64,000 bases of DNA from the human T2T-CHM13v2.0 reference genome, Homo sapiens: assembly GCF_009914755.1 (NCBI RefSeq), contig NC_060930.1. One strand, 5' to 3'. This document shows positions 37,300 to 52,001 of this stretch, piece after piece (position 1 is the stretch's first letter; each line of letters starts with the position of its first letter). The translations under genes and the position numbers were made by a program. Under the pieces are notes generated by a model. It was given only the letters and a program-made list of their open reading frames with translations, did no database searches and was not told the origin of the DNA.

Positions 37300-37510
37300 A
37301 GATGCAATCCAGGCATCTTAATAACTAATGTATGTACATTATCACTCTAATTTTCATGAAAATCTTAGGACTTATGTATTATAACATCCCCATATTGTAG
37401 ATGAAGAAACTGGGATTCATAGAGATTAGTGGGCCGCCTGTAGTCACATAGTGGTTAGAATTCAAACATGATTTTCCAATTCTAAAACTTGAAGTCTGAA
37501 CCACCATGAT
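37300..37510 (-). mobile_element. MIR
   Basis: atccccatattgtagatgaagaaactgggattcatagagattagt..gtcacatagt..agaattcaaac. Confidence 0.75.
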
Positions 37511-37742
37511 ATGCTGACTTCTCGTGTAATCAGAGCAATTAGGGCCAAGTCTCTTTTTGGTGGTGTTTCGTTGTGGTGGCGGTGGTGATTTATTTCCTTA
37601 ATTTTTTTGGTTTTGTTTTTTGTTTTTCTTTTTAAAGAAAAACCATTATATGGAAAAAGGCAGACAATTCTTAGTTCTACTAAATTAGGATAAATTATTA
37701 TTTTTAGTAATACCTAACAATTTTATTTTCTTCCCCTTGGTG

Positions 37743-37743
<1 letters not shown>

Positions 37744-37779
<36 letters not shown>

Positions 37780-37780
37780 A
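37744..37780. repeat. (CA)n microsatellite
   Basis: Direct read. Confidence 0.95.
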
Positions 37781-38863
37781 CCATCCTAACAAGTATGTAC
37801 ACATATATACACATGCATTTGAGATACTTTAGTTATTCAAATGTAACTAAAACTCTTTAAGTAAAGCTCTGTGGTTTGTCCTTTATCTTTGCTCCTATTT
37901 TACATGTATAATCATTGCAGACTCAACTTCAAGTTTATCCTCTTCATTTTATATGTGAATCCGATCTCTTGGTAAGATAAAACAAAATTATATCTAGTAT
38001 ATCTCTTGCATATAATGTTTAAAAGCCAGCACATATGTTCTCATTGATCTTGTCCACTACGAACAACACAGAGAATCTTAAAAGGAGAACACTATCAATA
38101 ATATTTGTAGAGTTTTGCTTTGTGATATTGTGATATTTTAGGCAATCTTGTAAAGAGCACAGCAGCTCAACAATATTATAAAGACCTAGAATATCTTTAA
38201 AGTCTTTACAACTTTCTTGGTCATTGGCTTAAAATTAGAGAAACCAACATGGGCATCCTTTCTGACTCTGGAGCAGACAGGCCCAGAGCGTGCTCAAGAC
38301 TACAGTTTACTTAGGACTACAAACGAATTAAGCAATAGGAATGGAGATGAGCTCTAGTGTGGCAACATCCAGCAAAGGGCAGAGTAAACCTAGACATCAA
38401 GGTTAACGCAAAATTAGCAGCTTTACCAAAGTGAGCAGACAACAAGGAAACAGAAATACTGTACTGAGAAGTTGGGCACAGGGGAAACCTGAATCCAAGG
38501 CAAAATCACAGGGCAAGGGTTTCCTGCTGAAGGAACAAAATTTTACATGAATCAAGGACGTAGTATTCAAACTTTCTACATCTCATTTAATGTTGTTTTA
38601 AGATCTCTGTGGGGCAGGAAACAAAGAGTGGATGCTACTGGAAACTAGAAATTAGCCATACTTGACTGGAATGTAAAAACAAACAAACGAATGTTAGCAG
38701 CAACTTTTATTGACAAAAGTATGACCAACACATGGCCATTCTGTAGGTTAGGCTGGAAGTTTATCTAAACTTTAATGGTACCTACAGATGAAATAAGACT
38801 TTGGACTCAACCTAGAAACTGTTAGGCCCCTTTTAATTTCCATCTTGGATTTTCCCTAGTAGT

Positions 38864-38876
38864 ATGTGTCTGTGTG

Positions 38877-38910
<34 letters not shown>

Positions 38911-38932
38911 CTGTGTGTGTGTGTGTCTGTGT
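38864..38932. repeat. Interrupted (TG)n microsatellite
   Basis: Direct read. Confidence 0.95.
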
Positions 38933-40008
38933 AAGATGCTATAACAGGCTAATTTTACTTGTTAGGTAAGTTATATTCCCCTGCAAACAACTGAAATGAA
39001 AATCATTTCTTTGTTGATTCCTGGAATTGTATTAACTTTTGACAAGTTTGTTAGTTCCTTGAAGTCCACTTTGTCAATGCAAATAGACTTTGGAGGGGAG
39101 CACTCTACTTGGCCTAACACTGAAATCTGAGTCTGTCTTCTCTCTTTCTTCAAAAACTTGAGAGTTGAGTCAATCTGAAAGCTCAGATTCTTGAAGGGAC
39201 CTGGAGACACTTAAGGGGGAAGAGGTACAGAGAGGAGAACAGGGATATCCATAGATAAGTTTAATTTCCATTTATAATTTAGCACTAGAAACATAATTTG
39301 GTTGTTTACAGCCTTTAATAACACACCTTAAAAAAAAAACTCTGTTTCATCATCATAGTTTCAAAAGCCCATTTTTTCTCTCAAAATCTACATATAAGTT
39401 TTATTTTATATTATTTGTTTCAATATCAGGTTAAGTTTTAAGGACATAAAAATAATATTATAGTAATATTTGGAAGAAAATTTGATTAAGAAATATTAGT
39501 TATGAACAAAATGCAATTTCTTAAGGAGACCAATTACAGGTCTTACCAGTTGAGGAAAACTACCTGGAAAAATGTCATTTTGGCCTTTTAAAAAATATGT
39601 TCAAGTGCATGTAATTTTCTTGTTATTAAAGTTGAATAGCAATAGATGCCTAACCAGTACAAAGGCTTCCCTTTTGCCTTGCAAACATTTGAAGCAAACC
39701 TGTTTCAGACTAAATCCTCTCCTATGAAGAGGTAAAGCTTAGTTTAACAAAGTATGAACTTAATTGGGCCCAGTTTTCTCATGTGTAAATTGAGGAGTAT
39801 GGAGTAAAAAGTCAATAAATTTATTTATCTTGAAGACATTTTACAGATGCTTCTGATGAACATTTATTGTCATGGAAAGTAAGACAATTTGTCCTTAATA
39901 GCACTTATCACAAAGGTTTTGAAAACTTTTTCAGCTTAAGCATACTCTGCTATATTAACAATTACCATTAAAATTAACATTTACTATGGTGCAACGAAAA
40001 GGGTAATC

Positions 40009-40097
40009 TTCATGTTTTCCAGCTCATATAATAGCTTATATACATATATATATACATACACACACGTACATACACACACAAACACACATATACATAG

Positions 40098-40142
<45 letters not shown>

Positions 40143-40167
40143 TATTATATGAGCTGGAAAACATGAA
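40009..40167. repeat. Perfect 27-bp inverted repeat enclosing a (TA)/(CA) microsatellite including (AT)20
   Basis: TTCATGTTTTCCAGCTCATATAATAGC (40009-40035) is the reverse complement of GCTATTATATGAGCTGGAAAACATGAA (40141-40167); (AT)20 at 40101-40140. Confidence 0.97.
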
Positions 40168-40675
40168 ATATATATATAGCACAAAGAATTAATAAAACCT
40201 GTTATATAATATTTGGGATTTAGCAACCAGAATTGACCCAACATTTCTATTTTGGGGAGTTTGTCCTATGGCTATATTAACACACATACAGAAGATTCTA
40301 TAATGCACTTATGGATGTTATAGCCAAAAACTGGAAATGAATTAAAGATTTATTAAAATGCAATGCCTTAATAAGGATATAATGAGGTAGATCTATTAAT
40401 GCAGCATGTGCTAATGTATAAAAACCTCATGACACATCACTAAGTGAGAAACACAAGGTGAAAACACACAACTACATTGCAATCCATTTTGTAAATAAAA
40501 ATAATTTGAAAAATTTTTACACATACATGACAGATATATGCCTATATGCTCCATCTACATACAATATTTTACTGAACAGCTATGCAGTTAGCAGTAGCTC
40601 CCCAAATTCACACAAATTGCCTTTGGGGAAAGTTAATGTGACTGGATGGTTTTCTCTACGTTTATTAAGAGTTTT

Positions 40676-40979
<304 letters not shown>

Positions 40980-40999
40980 GAGTTGTAAATAAAATTTGT

Positions 41000-41770
41000 G
41001 TCTTACTTATGGTTTGAGGCCAGTGTAACCTTTATAACAGTGTCAGAAAAAGAGAGAAAAAGAAATTGAACTGTAGGTCAGTTTATAGATACAAAAATCC
41101 CAAATAAAATTTTATTTTGTTTAAATTTTATAAGTAAAATTTAATCCAAACTAAAAATGTGCTAAAAATGATATGCCATCCCAAGTAGGGATTTTACTAG
41201 ATATAAAAGGATAATGACAAAAGGATATTGATCGAATACTCAATCTAATCCATCACATTCATTGTATAAAAGAAAAAAAATAATGTGATTATCTCAATAG
41301 ATGCAGAAATAATAACTGATAAAGATTAGTCACTATTGATGTTACAAATAAAAACTTCATAAAGATAGTAATGGAAGGGAAGATAATTCTTTGTGGTAGC
41401 AAAGAATTGAAAGCAACCAAATTATGCGTTAATAATGTTGTGATCTGTGCAAGCCAAACACAAGGAACCAAAATTTATATACAGGAAAATAGGCAAGCAT
41501 GAAAGGGATGTACACCATAAGACTTCTTATGTGAAAATAACACATAAACAGCAGCATGTATTTTGCTAGGCCAAATACATACATTTCTATGTCAGATGAT
41601 TACAAGGACCAAAAGTAAATACATTAAAGAGGTCCCCATGGGCAAAATCAGATTAACACTGAGATGGGTTAAAAGAGGGAAAAACTAACCTAAACTAAAC
41701 AAAAAAGGAGCTTTGTCTTAACCAATGATGATATAATGTCATGAACTGACAAGTATGATCAGAGAGATTC
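41000..41770 (+). mobile_element. Old L1M fragments
   Basis: tgattatctcaatagatgcagaaa (RT IISIDAE motif), followed by an L1MC-like 3' segment. Confidence 0.55.
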
Positions 41771-41859
41771 TATGAAGTAGCATATATTATATAATCAGCA
41801 TGGTCTCTACTATATAACCAACAAAAACAAAATCTATTTGTTTTTGGACTAAGTGTGGA

Positions 41860-42100
41860 GTAAATAGAAAAGGTAAGGGCATAGCAAAGGGGCCATGCAC
41901 AGAAGCCCAAATTCCTGTTCTACTACTTACCTCTTCTGTAACTTCAAGATAATCACTTAGCACACCACAGCTTGGATTCCTTAATCTGCAAAATGGGACA
42001 ATCCTATTTACCTCCCTTGGTTTTGTGTAGAATCAATGTGATAATACATGCCTGGAGAAAAGCATAAAGCCCCAGCATACAGTAGGTGTTCTAACAAATA
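41860..42100 (+). mobile_element. MIR
   Basis: caaattcctgttctactacttac..ttccttaatctgcaaaatggga..cagcatacagtaggtgttctaacaaat. Confidence 0.75.
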
Positions 42101-43849
42101 TGTGCTCTCTCCATCCCTGCACTCCCAGGTCCACTATACAGGCCCCTCATAGTTAATAGTCTTCCTGTGGGAAGGAATTCATAGGAAAGACTGCAGCTAC
42201 TCCTACACATATTATAACCCTTACACTTACTGAACTTTTCAGACAATCTTGCATTTTTCAGGCCTATCTTAAATTACAGAACATATGATAATGCTACTTA
42301 TGATCCCTAATAGGGCTAATCAAAAAGGGGAAAAAGGCAGAAATATTATATGCAAAGAATTACAGATTAGCTTGTTCAGTCTGCACAAACTTGTAAGTAA
42401 GAAACAATTGGTTGTGCCATAACAAGAACCCAATAAATGTTGACATAATTTCACTTCAGTTTTACAGACTTAGTTATTACATTATCATCTCTATATTTTT
42501 TATAATTAATAGGACTGCTATTTTCTTTCATAATTGGTGCATTTATTGAGATATTTCCCACTGTTAGACTGATGTGTTTCATCCTCTATACGTTTGCCCT
42601 GCTGTGTCCCCACAGTTATGATGCTCCAAATTTATAGAGTTTAGATGTTTCTTGCTGTTGGTTTACATTCCTATTCACTATTTATTCATAAAATAAGGCG
42701 GAGAGGGTTCTATGTTGAAATGAACTTTTACACAGAAAATTAGCAATCATGTTCTCAGAACAACTACTTAGTTTTTGATACCATTCACAGATTCTAACTT
42801 CGCATATGTAATACTGCCTAATGTCACAAATGGGTCTCATTTCTACAAAACGTTAACTATATGAGAAAGTTGAAGGAATGGCTCATCAGAAGACAATTCA
42901 GGTTTATAAAGCTTAAGTGATATTCCAGTCCTATGACAGTCTGTGTTTATTAAGGAGTAAGAATATTGCATTCCACTATTGAGACTCTGATGAGTATCAT
43001 GGCTTTAGCACAGGGTATAACAAATCAAGGTTCTTTTGTTTTTTTAATTATGGCGAAGATGCAATGAGAATTACGATTTGACTAAGTTGGACTGTGACTG
43101 CTACAACCATTACATGGTGCCCAGTGTGCCTTAGAAAATAGAGGTGTCATGAATTTATTTTCTCTTTCAATGCCTGATGGGAAAACGTGCTACTCAGCTA
43201 AAGAACTGCAGTAGGAATAATGATCATTCAAGATGTCTTCAAACTGAGCTACAGATATTTAATTTAAAAGCACATTGCCTGTTTTGAGAGTCAGTATTTC
43301 CTTCTGAAAAGAAATATCATTAAAGCATAGTGATGTTAGGAACTTAGGGATTTTAAAATCATCATTTTCCTTGAAAACCTGGCTGAATAAAATATTGAAT
43401 CTTGGTATGGAGCATCAAGTCCTTTTACAATGTTTTTCTCTGAACAGAGAGTTTATTATCATCCCCCCTGAGGGCAGGCAGGAAGAATAAAGCCAACATT
43501 CTGCTTTACTTTGTTGGATCTGATGAGATCTTGCTAGCTTCCTAGATCTCACTTTGGGATGTAAAATGGTACTTCCGGACTACCCACTAATCTCAGTTTG
43601 TTGTTATTTTTGGTTAGTTGGTTGGTTTTGTTTTTCTCCTCTCACTGCTTAGATTTTTATATGTCTTAATTATAGTTGTGAACACAGATGAAAATAGTAT
43701 AATTTAAATCGACTTAAGTGTCTTGCTTTTATAACAGTGATGCTTGATTTTTGTGTTTGTTTTCCATTGTTCTAATTTTCTTTTAGGGCCCTTCTTTTAC
43801 CTGGTAGCCAGGTATGACAAAACATCATATTTGATCTATAATACAACAC

Positions 43850-43990
43850 TATTAGAACTAGAAGGACCCTACACACCTCGTCAAAGTCCTTCATTTCACA
43901 GACGAGGGCCAGCACCCAGAGAAGGGAAATGACTTGCGTAGGCCACTGCGGCTACTTAGTGGCAGACTCACGTTCAGAAATCTTTGTCTT
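43850..43990 (-). mobile_element. MIR (MIRc/MIR3-like)
   Basis: ttagaactagaaggaccct..cttcatttcacagacgaggg..cccagagaagggaaatgacttgc..ttagtggcaga. Confidence 0.75.
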
Positions 43991-44454
43991 GCTAAAGGGT
44001 TCTTGCTACAACTCTTGCTAAAGATTTCTTTTTCCTCCACATCAAACTTCCTTTGTTCTATTCTCAACTTATATAATGACGTTTGAACAGATCTAGCAAC
44101 AAACTCTTTATGTGGACTTCCCTGACTTGCTGGTTGATGACTTCAAATGTTTGACAGTGCACATGACAATATAATTTATCCTATGACTGCAAAGATGACA
44201 TCTTGTGAATACTGCTTGATTCCTCCACAAAATCATCCCTGAAAGGCTTGTAGGTGTCTATAGATCCACAGATTCCATAGTGTTCCTTTGAAATAACTGA
44301 AAATGTCATTCTCGCTGTTAGTTAAAGACAAATGCCAGATATGGTAACACAGTTATAAGTGCTAATTATGTTATTAATAATTTTATCCTTTTTTCCTCTC
44401 ACCACTGTGCTGTTTCTCACATGCTGATCTGTCCATCCTGTTTTGCTATTCTAG

Positions 44455-44613
<159 letters not shown>

Positions 44614-45749
44614 TAAAAATCTTATTGAACTAGAGAATGATGTGCAAACTCCAAATGCCTTGAAAACTTATGTGTATAATCTATCTTAAAGATGTGGATA
44701 CTCTCTTTTAAGTACCATGTGTTTATTTTCATAGTTTCAGATTCCATCAACAGTAATTGAAAATGTCAGGTTTAAGGCACTTGATAGTGAGTGTGATCAG
44801 ACTGAATTCTCATAATTTGTACTTTCAGCGAATAGTCTCATAATTACAAGCCAAACTGTGTTTCTATGTTTCTACATTATAAAGTCATGCTTTCTGGTTT
44901 GACAGATTTTAATGGAAATTTTTTCTCATTTTAAATAATCATATTTTATACATTGAATAAAGAGTTTAAAATCAATAGGAATGAACATATACTATTGATG
45001 TGAAAATATTAACCACATTAGGGCTAATATTTGGCGTATGAGAAAGCCAGAATAATCTGGACAGTTGCCTCTGTGTTCTCCATAATTCTCTTTTTGGCTT
45101 GAAGGAAGTATTTTGCATTCCCACTCAAGTTAAACTTACTTAACATAAAAGTGAAATCCAACTGTGTTTCAGTTACTATGGGAACCATAACTCAGGGTTG
45201 CTTTTTTTTAAACTTTTGTATGTGCCTCAGATCTCAGCTACTGCTCTTCATTAATGTACATTTTTTTCTTTTTAGTTTCATCATTTTTTCTATTTCTTCT
45301 ATTTTTGACAAAGGAAATGTCTATAGGCATTTATTTAAAATTGTAAAGCAGGTTTGTAGTAAAAGCATGTATATAAGATAGTACCGTGAAAGCTCTGCCT
45401 TGTTCAACACAAACCAGCAGCCCTTCTCATGTTTTATGAAAGCGTCCTCATTAAAGATGCCCCCCCATGACCTGTTCTCTCCATCATCTAGAACCCAGAT
45501 AAAGCTCATTGGTACAGAGCCAGGCAATGTGGTGGTGGCTGGAACCAAGGAAGAATGAGAAGCCCACAGTCCTCGCCTCCAGGTGCATGCCCAGCCTCCA
45601 GTGCATGTCACTGCAGAGGCTAGGTAGCCATCTAAATCTTGTAAAAGTGGGAGGAGTTCTGTTGCAGGGTGAAGTTTTTTAATGCACAAGATATGATAGT
45701 ATTGTCCATTTTCTTTTATGAATCGTAATTTGATACAGTGTAGGGCGGG

Positions 45750-45910
45750 TTGTACAGTGGTTGAGAGTGAGTCCTCTGAAGTCATAATATCAAGATTGGA
45801 ATCTTCGATCTGCCAAATTCTGTGTGACTTTAGATAACTTCACCTCACCAATCTTTAATTTTCTTATCTTTAAAATGAAAGTAGTCATTACATTAACTCA
45901 TAATGATTTA
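45750..45910 (+). mobile_element. MIR
   Basis: cagtggttgagagtgagtcctctgaagtca..tgtgtgactttagataacttcacctc..ttttcttatctttaaaatg. Confidence 0.7.
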
Positions 45911-46559
45911 ATTAATTGATATATATTAGCCATTATATGAAAAAAATTTAACTTACCATTCTTTTTTTATTAGACTTTGAGGTTCCTTCATGGTTTTATT
46001 CTTATAAATAATGGTTGCTCTGAATATCATTATGTAAATATTTCATCTTTATTTCTGATAAAGTTCTTGGGATAAAATCTAGATGTGACCCAAAATATTT
46101 GAACTATTTAAAAACTCAGAGGTTAATTTTGAGGACTAAAGGGGATGTTCTATGAAAAGTCCCTAGCACCGTGCTTGATATTTAAAAAGCCCCCAATAAA
46201 TATTAGCTATAATATTTTTGTTTTTAATTATTATTATTTAAAAATAATACTAACCTGTGTAACATAGCAATAGGCTGAAAGGAAATTTAAAATAGAGCAA
46301 GGTGTTCTAGATGTTGGATGAACTATTTCTGTCCCTTTTATCCTAAGATGCTACAATGCAAAAAAAAAAAATTTGGGCTTTCTATGTATCAAATTATTAT
46401 CTCATCCTTTTGAATAAAGACGTACCACAGATCTTTCACTACTGGCTACTTTCTCTGGCATGGGATAAGAGTTATGATGCCAAGGGAAAACACCTTTAAC
46501 ATTGTTAGAAGTTTTGTTTTCTGAGGCTATTAGACACAACCTGAACTCTTTTTAAGGTC

Positions 46560-47122
46560 TTAACAATGAATTTCAGAGCCTTGATTTCATCTTGACTGGT
46601 AACATCACTGTGCATTTGGATTTTTCCCTGAGACAATGTCTTTGGAAATCTTTTGCCGGCTGGAGATGATGTAAATGATAAACTTTTTTTTCCAACTCAG
46701 CAAGTCCTGGGTTAGAAATATATCCTCTAAATTCTGCTTGAAAATCTTTCTTTAGCTCATTTCTCTCTTACAATATCATGCTGTCTGTGGCTAAAAGATA
46801 ACAAATAGCACTGTCATCTTTTTTTTGCTTGGAAATCCCCTTAACCAGACCCATAAACTCATAGGCATATTTTCTATCTTTCCAGTTATTGAAGACAATA
46901 GCTAAGATAATTGTTCTGGCAGTAAATTCCATGAGTCTTCTTTTCTCCAGTCCTCAAAAACAATTTCCTCTCTCCACTCAGAGTCTCCTTGCTGCCCTCC
47001 TGGTGTCATTTGCCTCCTTATCTCAAAACCAGTACTGTGTGTTTTAGGTTTAAGTATCACTGACTTTCTGGTACCAATATCTGTTCAGGTATCTATGTCT
47101 GTGTAACTTCTGTGCAACAAAC
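46560..47122 (-). mobile_element. MLT1-family internal region plus LTR stub
   Basis: cctctaaattctgcttgaaaa..gcttggaaatccccttaaccagaccc..; CTGGTACCAA (reverse of MaLR TTGGTACCAG) next to an LTR-end-like tgttcaggtatctatg. Confidence 0.55.
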
Positions 47123-47124
47123 TA

Positions 47125-47417
47125 CAGTTGACCCTTGAACAGTGTGAGGATTAAGGGCACCAAACCCCCCACACAGCCAAAAATCTGCTTATAACTTTCT
47201 ACTCCTCAAAAACTTAACTCCAATAGCCTACTATTGGTTGAAAACCTTACTGATAAACAGTTGATTAACACATATTTAATATGTTTTATGTGTTATATGC
47301 TGTATTCTTGCAATAGTGCAAGCTAAAGAAAAGAAAATGTTATTAAAGGAAATCATAAGGAAAATATATTTATTATTGATTAAATGGAAAAGGATCATTG
47401 TAAAGGTCTTCATCCTC
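47125..47417 (-). mobile_element. Tigger2-family DNA transposon end
   Basis: TA + TIR CAGTTGACCCTTGAAC; aaaacttaact..aatagcctact..aagctaaagaaaagaaaatgttattaa..aaaggtcttcatcctc. Confidence 0.85.
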
Positions 47418-48042
47418 TAGCAATGTAGACCTTTATAATTTTTATATTTGCCATATTTTCTCTGTAATATTTTTACATTATAAAATAGCTTGACATAAAA
47501 TATAAAATAATTTGATACAAAAATAAGAAAGCATTTCTCGACTTCATGACTGAAGATTAACATTTTGCGTATTTCCTTTGTGTACATACAAATGAAACAT
47601 GTCTGTGTATGCTATATATCCAAGTATGTCTTAATTTTAAATTGAACATTATATCAAACAATTTAAAAATTAACATGACTATTTCATTGTTTCTTTAAGC
47701 CTTTAATGTTATACATTATGCTATTTTCATATTTTTCTATTATATTAAATAATTCCCTATAATCATTTCCAACAAAAATACTCTCGTCTTTTTTTGTGAA
47801 TCATTCCTTAGGAGAAATACCTAGGTATAATCAAATAATATGAACAATTTTAAGGCTTTTACTATATAATTAATAATAACCTATCCAAAATTATTTTACT
47901 GAATTATCCTCTTACCAGTGTACAGCAGAGTTGATTTCACTGCACTCTTGCTAACCCTGTGTATTATCTGTTCTCATAGTTGTTAATTTGATAGAAGAAA
48001 AAATGTTATTTTCATTTTTAATTGTATTTCTAATCGTAGTGA

Positions 48043-48429
<387 letters not shown>

Positions 48430-51400
48430 AGGGATTTGTCTTTTGGTCTTCTTTGCTAATTTTTTACCCTGCAGTCTTAGTGTTTATCTTAATTTATGTA
48501 GATAATTTAATAAAGACATTTACCTTTAAAACATCATAAAGCTTCCTTTTGATACTTAGTATGTCTATCTTATTACAGTTAACTCTCTTTCAACTTGTGA
48601 TATTTTCTGCTGCTTTTAAGATTATGAAATTCAAATACCATTTTGAAAAAGATAAGTCTTCATTATCCTTATGTCTAATTTTACCAAAACAAAAAGGCAG
48701 GTTTTCTGATATTGAGACTGAGGGCATTTGCTATATTTGAAGAGCTTCAAATTATTGATGGGACATTTTATTTAATTGATCTTGCCTCCCACACAAAAAA
48801 GTATGTGGACATTCTTCAAACCATTGAGCTTGTAGCAACAAATAAATGAGAGTATTGGTAATGATTTTTGTTTTCTTCATTCATCTTCTTTTTCATAGTA
48901 GCAAAGAAAAAAAGATTAAAAATTTAAAACAGATAATTGGAACAAGAACTCATTAGTGCCATAGAGAGCTTCTGTCACTTTGCAGAATATAGTATGCTGA
49001 AGGAAAATGAAATAGATGTTTTCAGGTCCAAGCAAAGGAAACCTGAAGCCAGAATTCATAGAAAGAATCAATCTTGTATCTCAATCACATCAAATCCCAG
49101 AAAATAATTCATAAATAAATATATACAATGGCTCCCAGGAAAGCATTATTTTACATCATAAATGGAATTATATAATGCATCATCATTTGGGGAAGTAGAA
49201 TGTGATCTGAGATATCCAGTGTTTATAAGTTAATGATAAAATAATGTTAAGGAGCTGCACTGGCGCTAAGGAGCTGCTTTAGATTATCTAAAATAATCTG
49301 AGGAATATGTAGGTTCCTATCCATTAAAGCCATAGCAACTTTCTCAGTGATATTGCCAAAAACAAATGTTGCTGTGTAACATGCCAAAAATAAATTATTT
49401 CTCCCCCCCTCTCCCTTTCTTCCTTCCTTCTTTCCTTTCTTCCAAACTCAGTCTCCAAACTAGAAAAAAAAAGTTTCAAAATAGCTGAAAATCTATTACT
49501 CAGATTTTATAGAGGATAGTATACTAAAATAACAGTAATATTTGTAAGAATAATTTCTTGTTTCTTACCAATTCCATCACTGATTCTCCTGTATATCTAC
49601 CTTTCTTCATAAATTCTATAACCCTCACATTAACTTGACACAACTTTTGTTCAAACTCATATGGAAAGGAAATAGTAGAGTTAGGAGGTTGACACAGGTT
49701 CTCCTGACAACCAGTCTGTCCTTGTAACCACCACAGTGAACTGCCTCTTAGAGGCACAGTTCAGAGACCCAAATCTGTCTGATAAATGAACAAAGGTGCT
49801 GTTAAGTTGTGGGCAAATTTAAAATTCATTACAGCATTTGTGATTTCCAGAGGATTTAGATTTTAAGTTGTGGTCTGCCTCTCCCATATCAAGGATTATG
49901 TTTTTAACTCCTTAGTTAATGGAGAAATAACCTCATGTTTCAAGAGTTTAGAACAGAAAACTCTTAGTGATGGATATTTTATTCATGCGGGAAAACAATA
50001 ACACAAACTATCTTTAATCTCTAGTAACAGTGAATTAGAATGGCATGTTATTCTTTTTCTATAGCACCCAGCTTTTTGATGGTGATTTTACATATATGCA
50101 TATGTACACATTCATCTATACAATATAAGTTATATCTAATATCCATTATAATTATATGTTAAATAAGGACAAATGATCTATTTCTACATTTGCTATTTGT
50201 AAAGAGTTTCAAATAATTGATGGGAGAATTTATTTCTATGTAATTGAATAAAATACTCAAAACATATTGGAAATACAAAAGACCTAGGAAACACCAATAT
50301 AGACATACATACATACATATCATTATGCCTAATGAAGAATCTTTCTATGACACCAAGTTAGACTACAATAACTAATTCTAAAATCAAATGAAGGAGAAAT
50401 ATTGGGATTGGTTTCCTGTTTTGTTACTGAAAAAGCAAGAGATGAAATTAATGTGTTTAAAGCTGATTTGATGAAGCAAGTCATCAAATGATGGTTAGAA
50501 AGAGAAGCCAATACACATGAATCTTCATTTCTTGTGTTCTAAGAATTGTAAACTCTAAGACTGTCATAATAACCCTGCTTACTCTTCCAAAATAATAAAA
50601 AAGTAAATATTTCTTTTAGTCTGCATTTTAAAGTTTTGAATGGTATTTTCTGATTAATGCTGAACACTGAACTTCTGTTCACCAATTTAGGCCACTTTTT
50701 GTTTTACTACATTTTTTTTAACGTGATACATATGGTAGTTGGTGGCTGTTGGTTTCTAGATTGATGTACATCCTCCTTCTCCCCAGTGAGGCAAGGTCAG
50801 CTTCAGACAAAGTGTCACCTGCTTTGACTTCCTTAACTTTGCTTTTTCTAGAGCCAACATGGTAAAGGATCCCCATGGCATCCTGGCCAAAGCATGGGGC
50901 CACAGGGTGACTGGAGCACCAGAGACAAAGACAGGATTCATTTTGTAAAAAGATTACGACACAGCAACTTGAGAAATCTATAGACACCTTAGTGGTTCTG
51001 TATAAGTAAAGAATCGCATACTCAATTTGCATGGGGGAAAAATCCTCTAAATTTCTAGAATTTACTATTTGCTGATAATTGCCGTGATTTGATTTTTAAT
51101 TGTCCATGGAGCTCAGGTCTCCATAGAGACTATCACCAACAACAATAAATCAGGAGCACTGTCTCCATTTTCCAGGTCATATGTTTTTCTAAAACTAATA
51201 AATGTTACCTCCCTAAAAATTTTTGCACTCCTACAAGTCATTTCTAAGAAGTCATTAATCTATGTTCAAGTAGTTGTTTTGCCACCTTTATTCAATTTTT
51301 CTAGGAGAAAAAAATATCTGAAAGGAAACTTATTGCAGCTAAAGCATTAACAAATGCATGCTTTCTGTGTTGAGGACAGAAAATCAATGTAGATTAGAGA

Positions 51401-51957
51401 TGAAGAGACTTGAGATACTAGTAAATTAACAATACTTCTAATGACTTTAGAGTAGTTGTGAAAATAAGTCTTTTCCCATAAGCCTGGAAGGGAGGGAGAA
51501 AACAAAAAAAAACATCATTACAAGTTTAATGGATTTAGCCTGTAGTCCTAAAATAAATGTAATAATGCAACATTGCAAATGCAATTTATTCTCAAAAGAA
51601 TGTGTTCCCTTGGGGAAATGTGGACCATTTATTCTACAAGAAGATACTTTGTGCCCTCATTTTGGTGTTAGACTATGACTAAAGATTTATAGGATGTGGT
51701 ACATATAAATAATTACATTTGACAGTCTAGATTCACTTTTTTAAATCATCTAATAATTTTTGAAAATGAATTTTGAAGAAAAGATATATTGTGATATGTT
51801 TAAGTATTAGTTTCTTTTTCTAAAATAAAAAAATCAGATTATGTAGTTTTTTTAATCAAAAAGTAAAATTGGGCTTATAATAAAATAAAACTTCCTTTCC
51901 ATACTCTTCTCCAGCTGTTCCTCATCTCTTTATAGTTCTTCTGGGGTTACCTCAGAA

Positions 51958-51958
<1 letters not shown>

Positions 51959-52000
<42 letters not shown>
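51959..52000. repeat. (TG)21 microsatellite
   Basis: Direct read. Confidence 0.97.

Positions 52001-52001
<1 letters not shown>

Noticed and set aside
43987-44023. Three copies of TCTTGCTA(A/C)A
   Set aside because: Short local slippage repeat; not a CRISPR-like array and no function can be supported
45321-45785. 154-aa minus-strand ORF near exon 2
   Set aside because: Starts in a MIR, has no recognisable domain, and its length is compatible with chance in 64 kb
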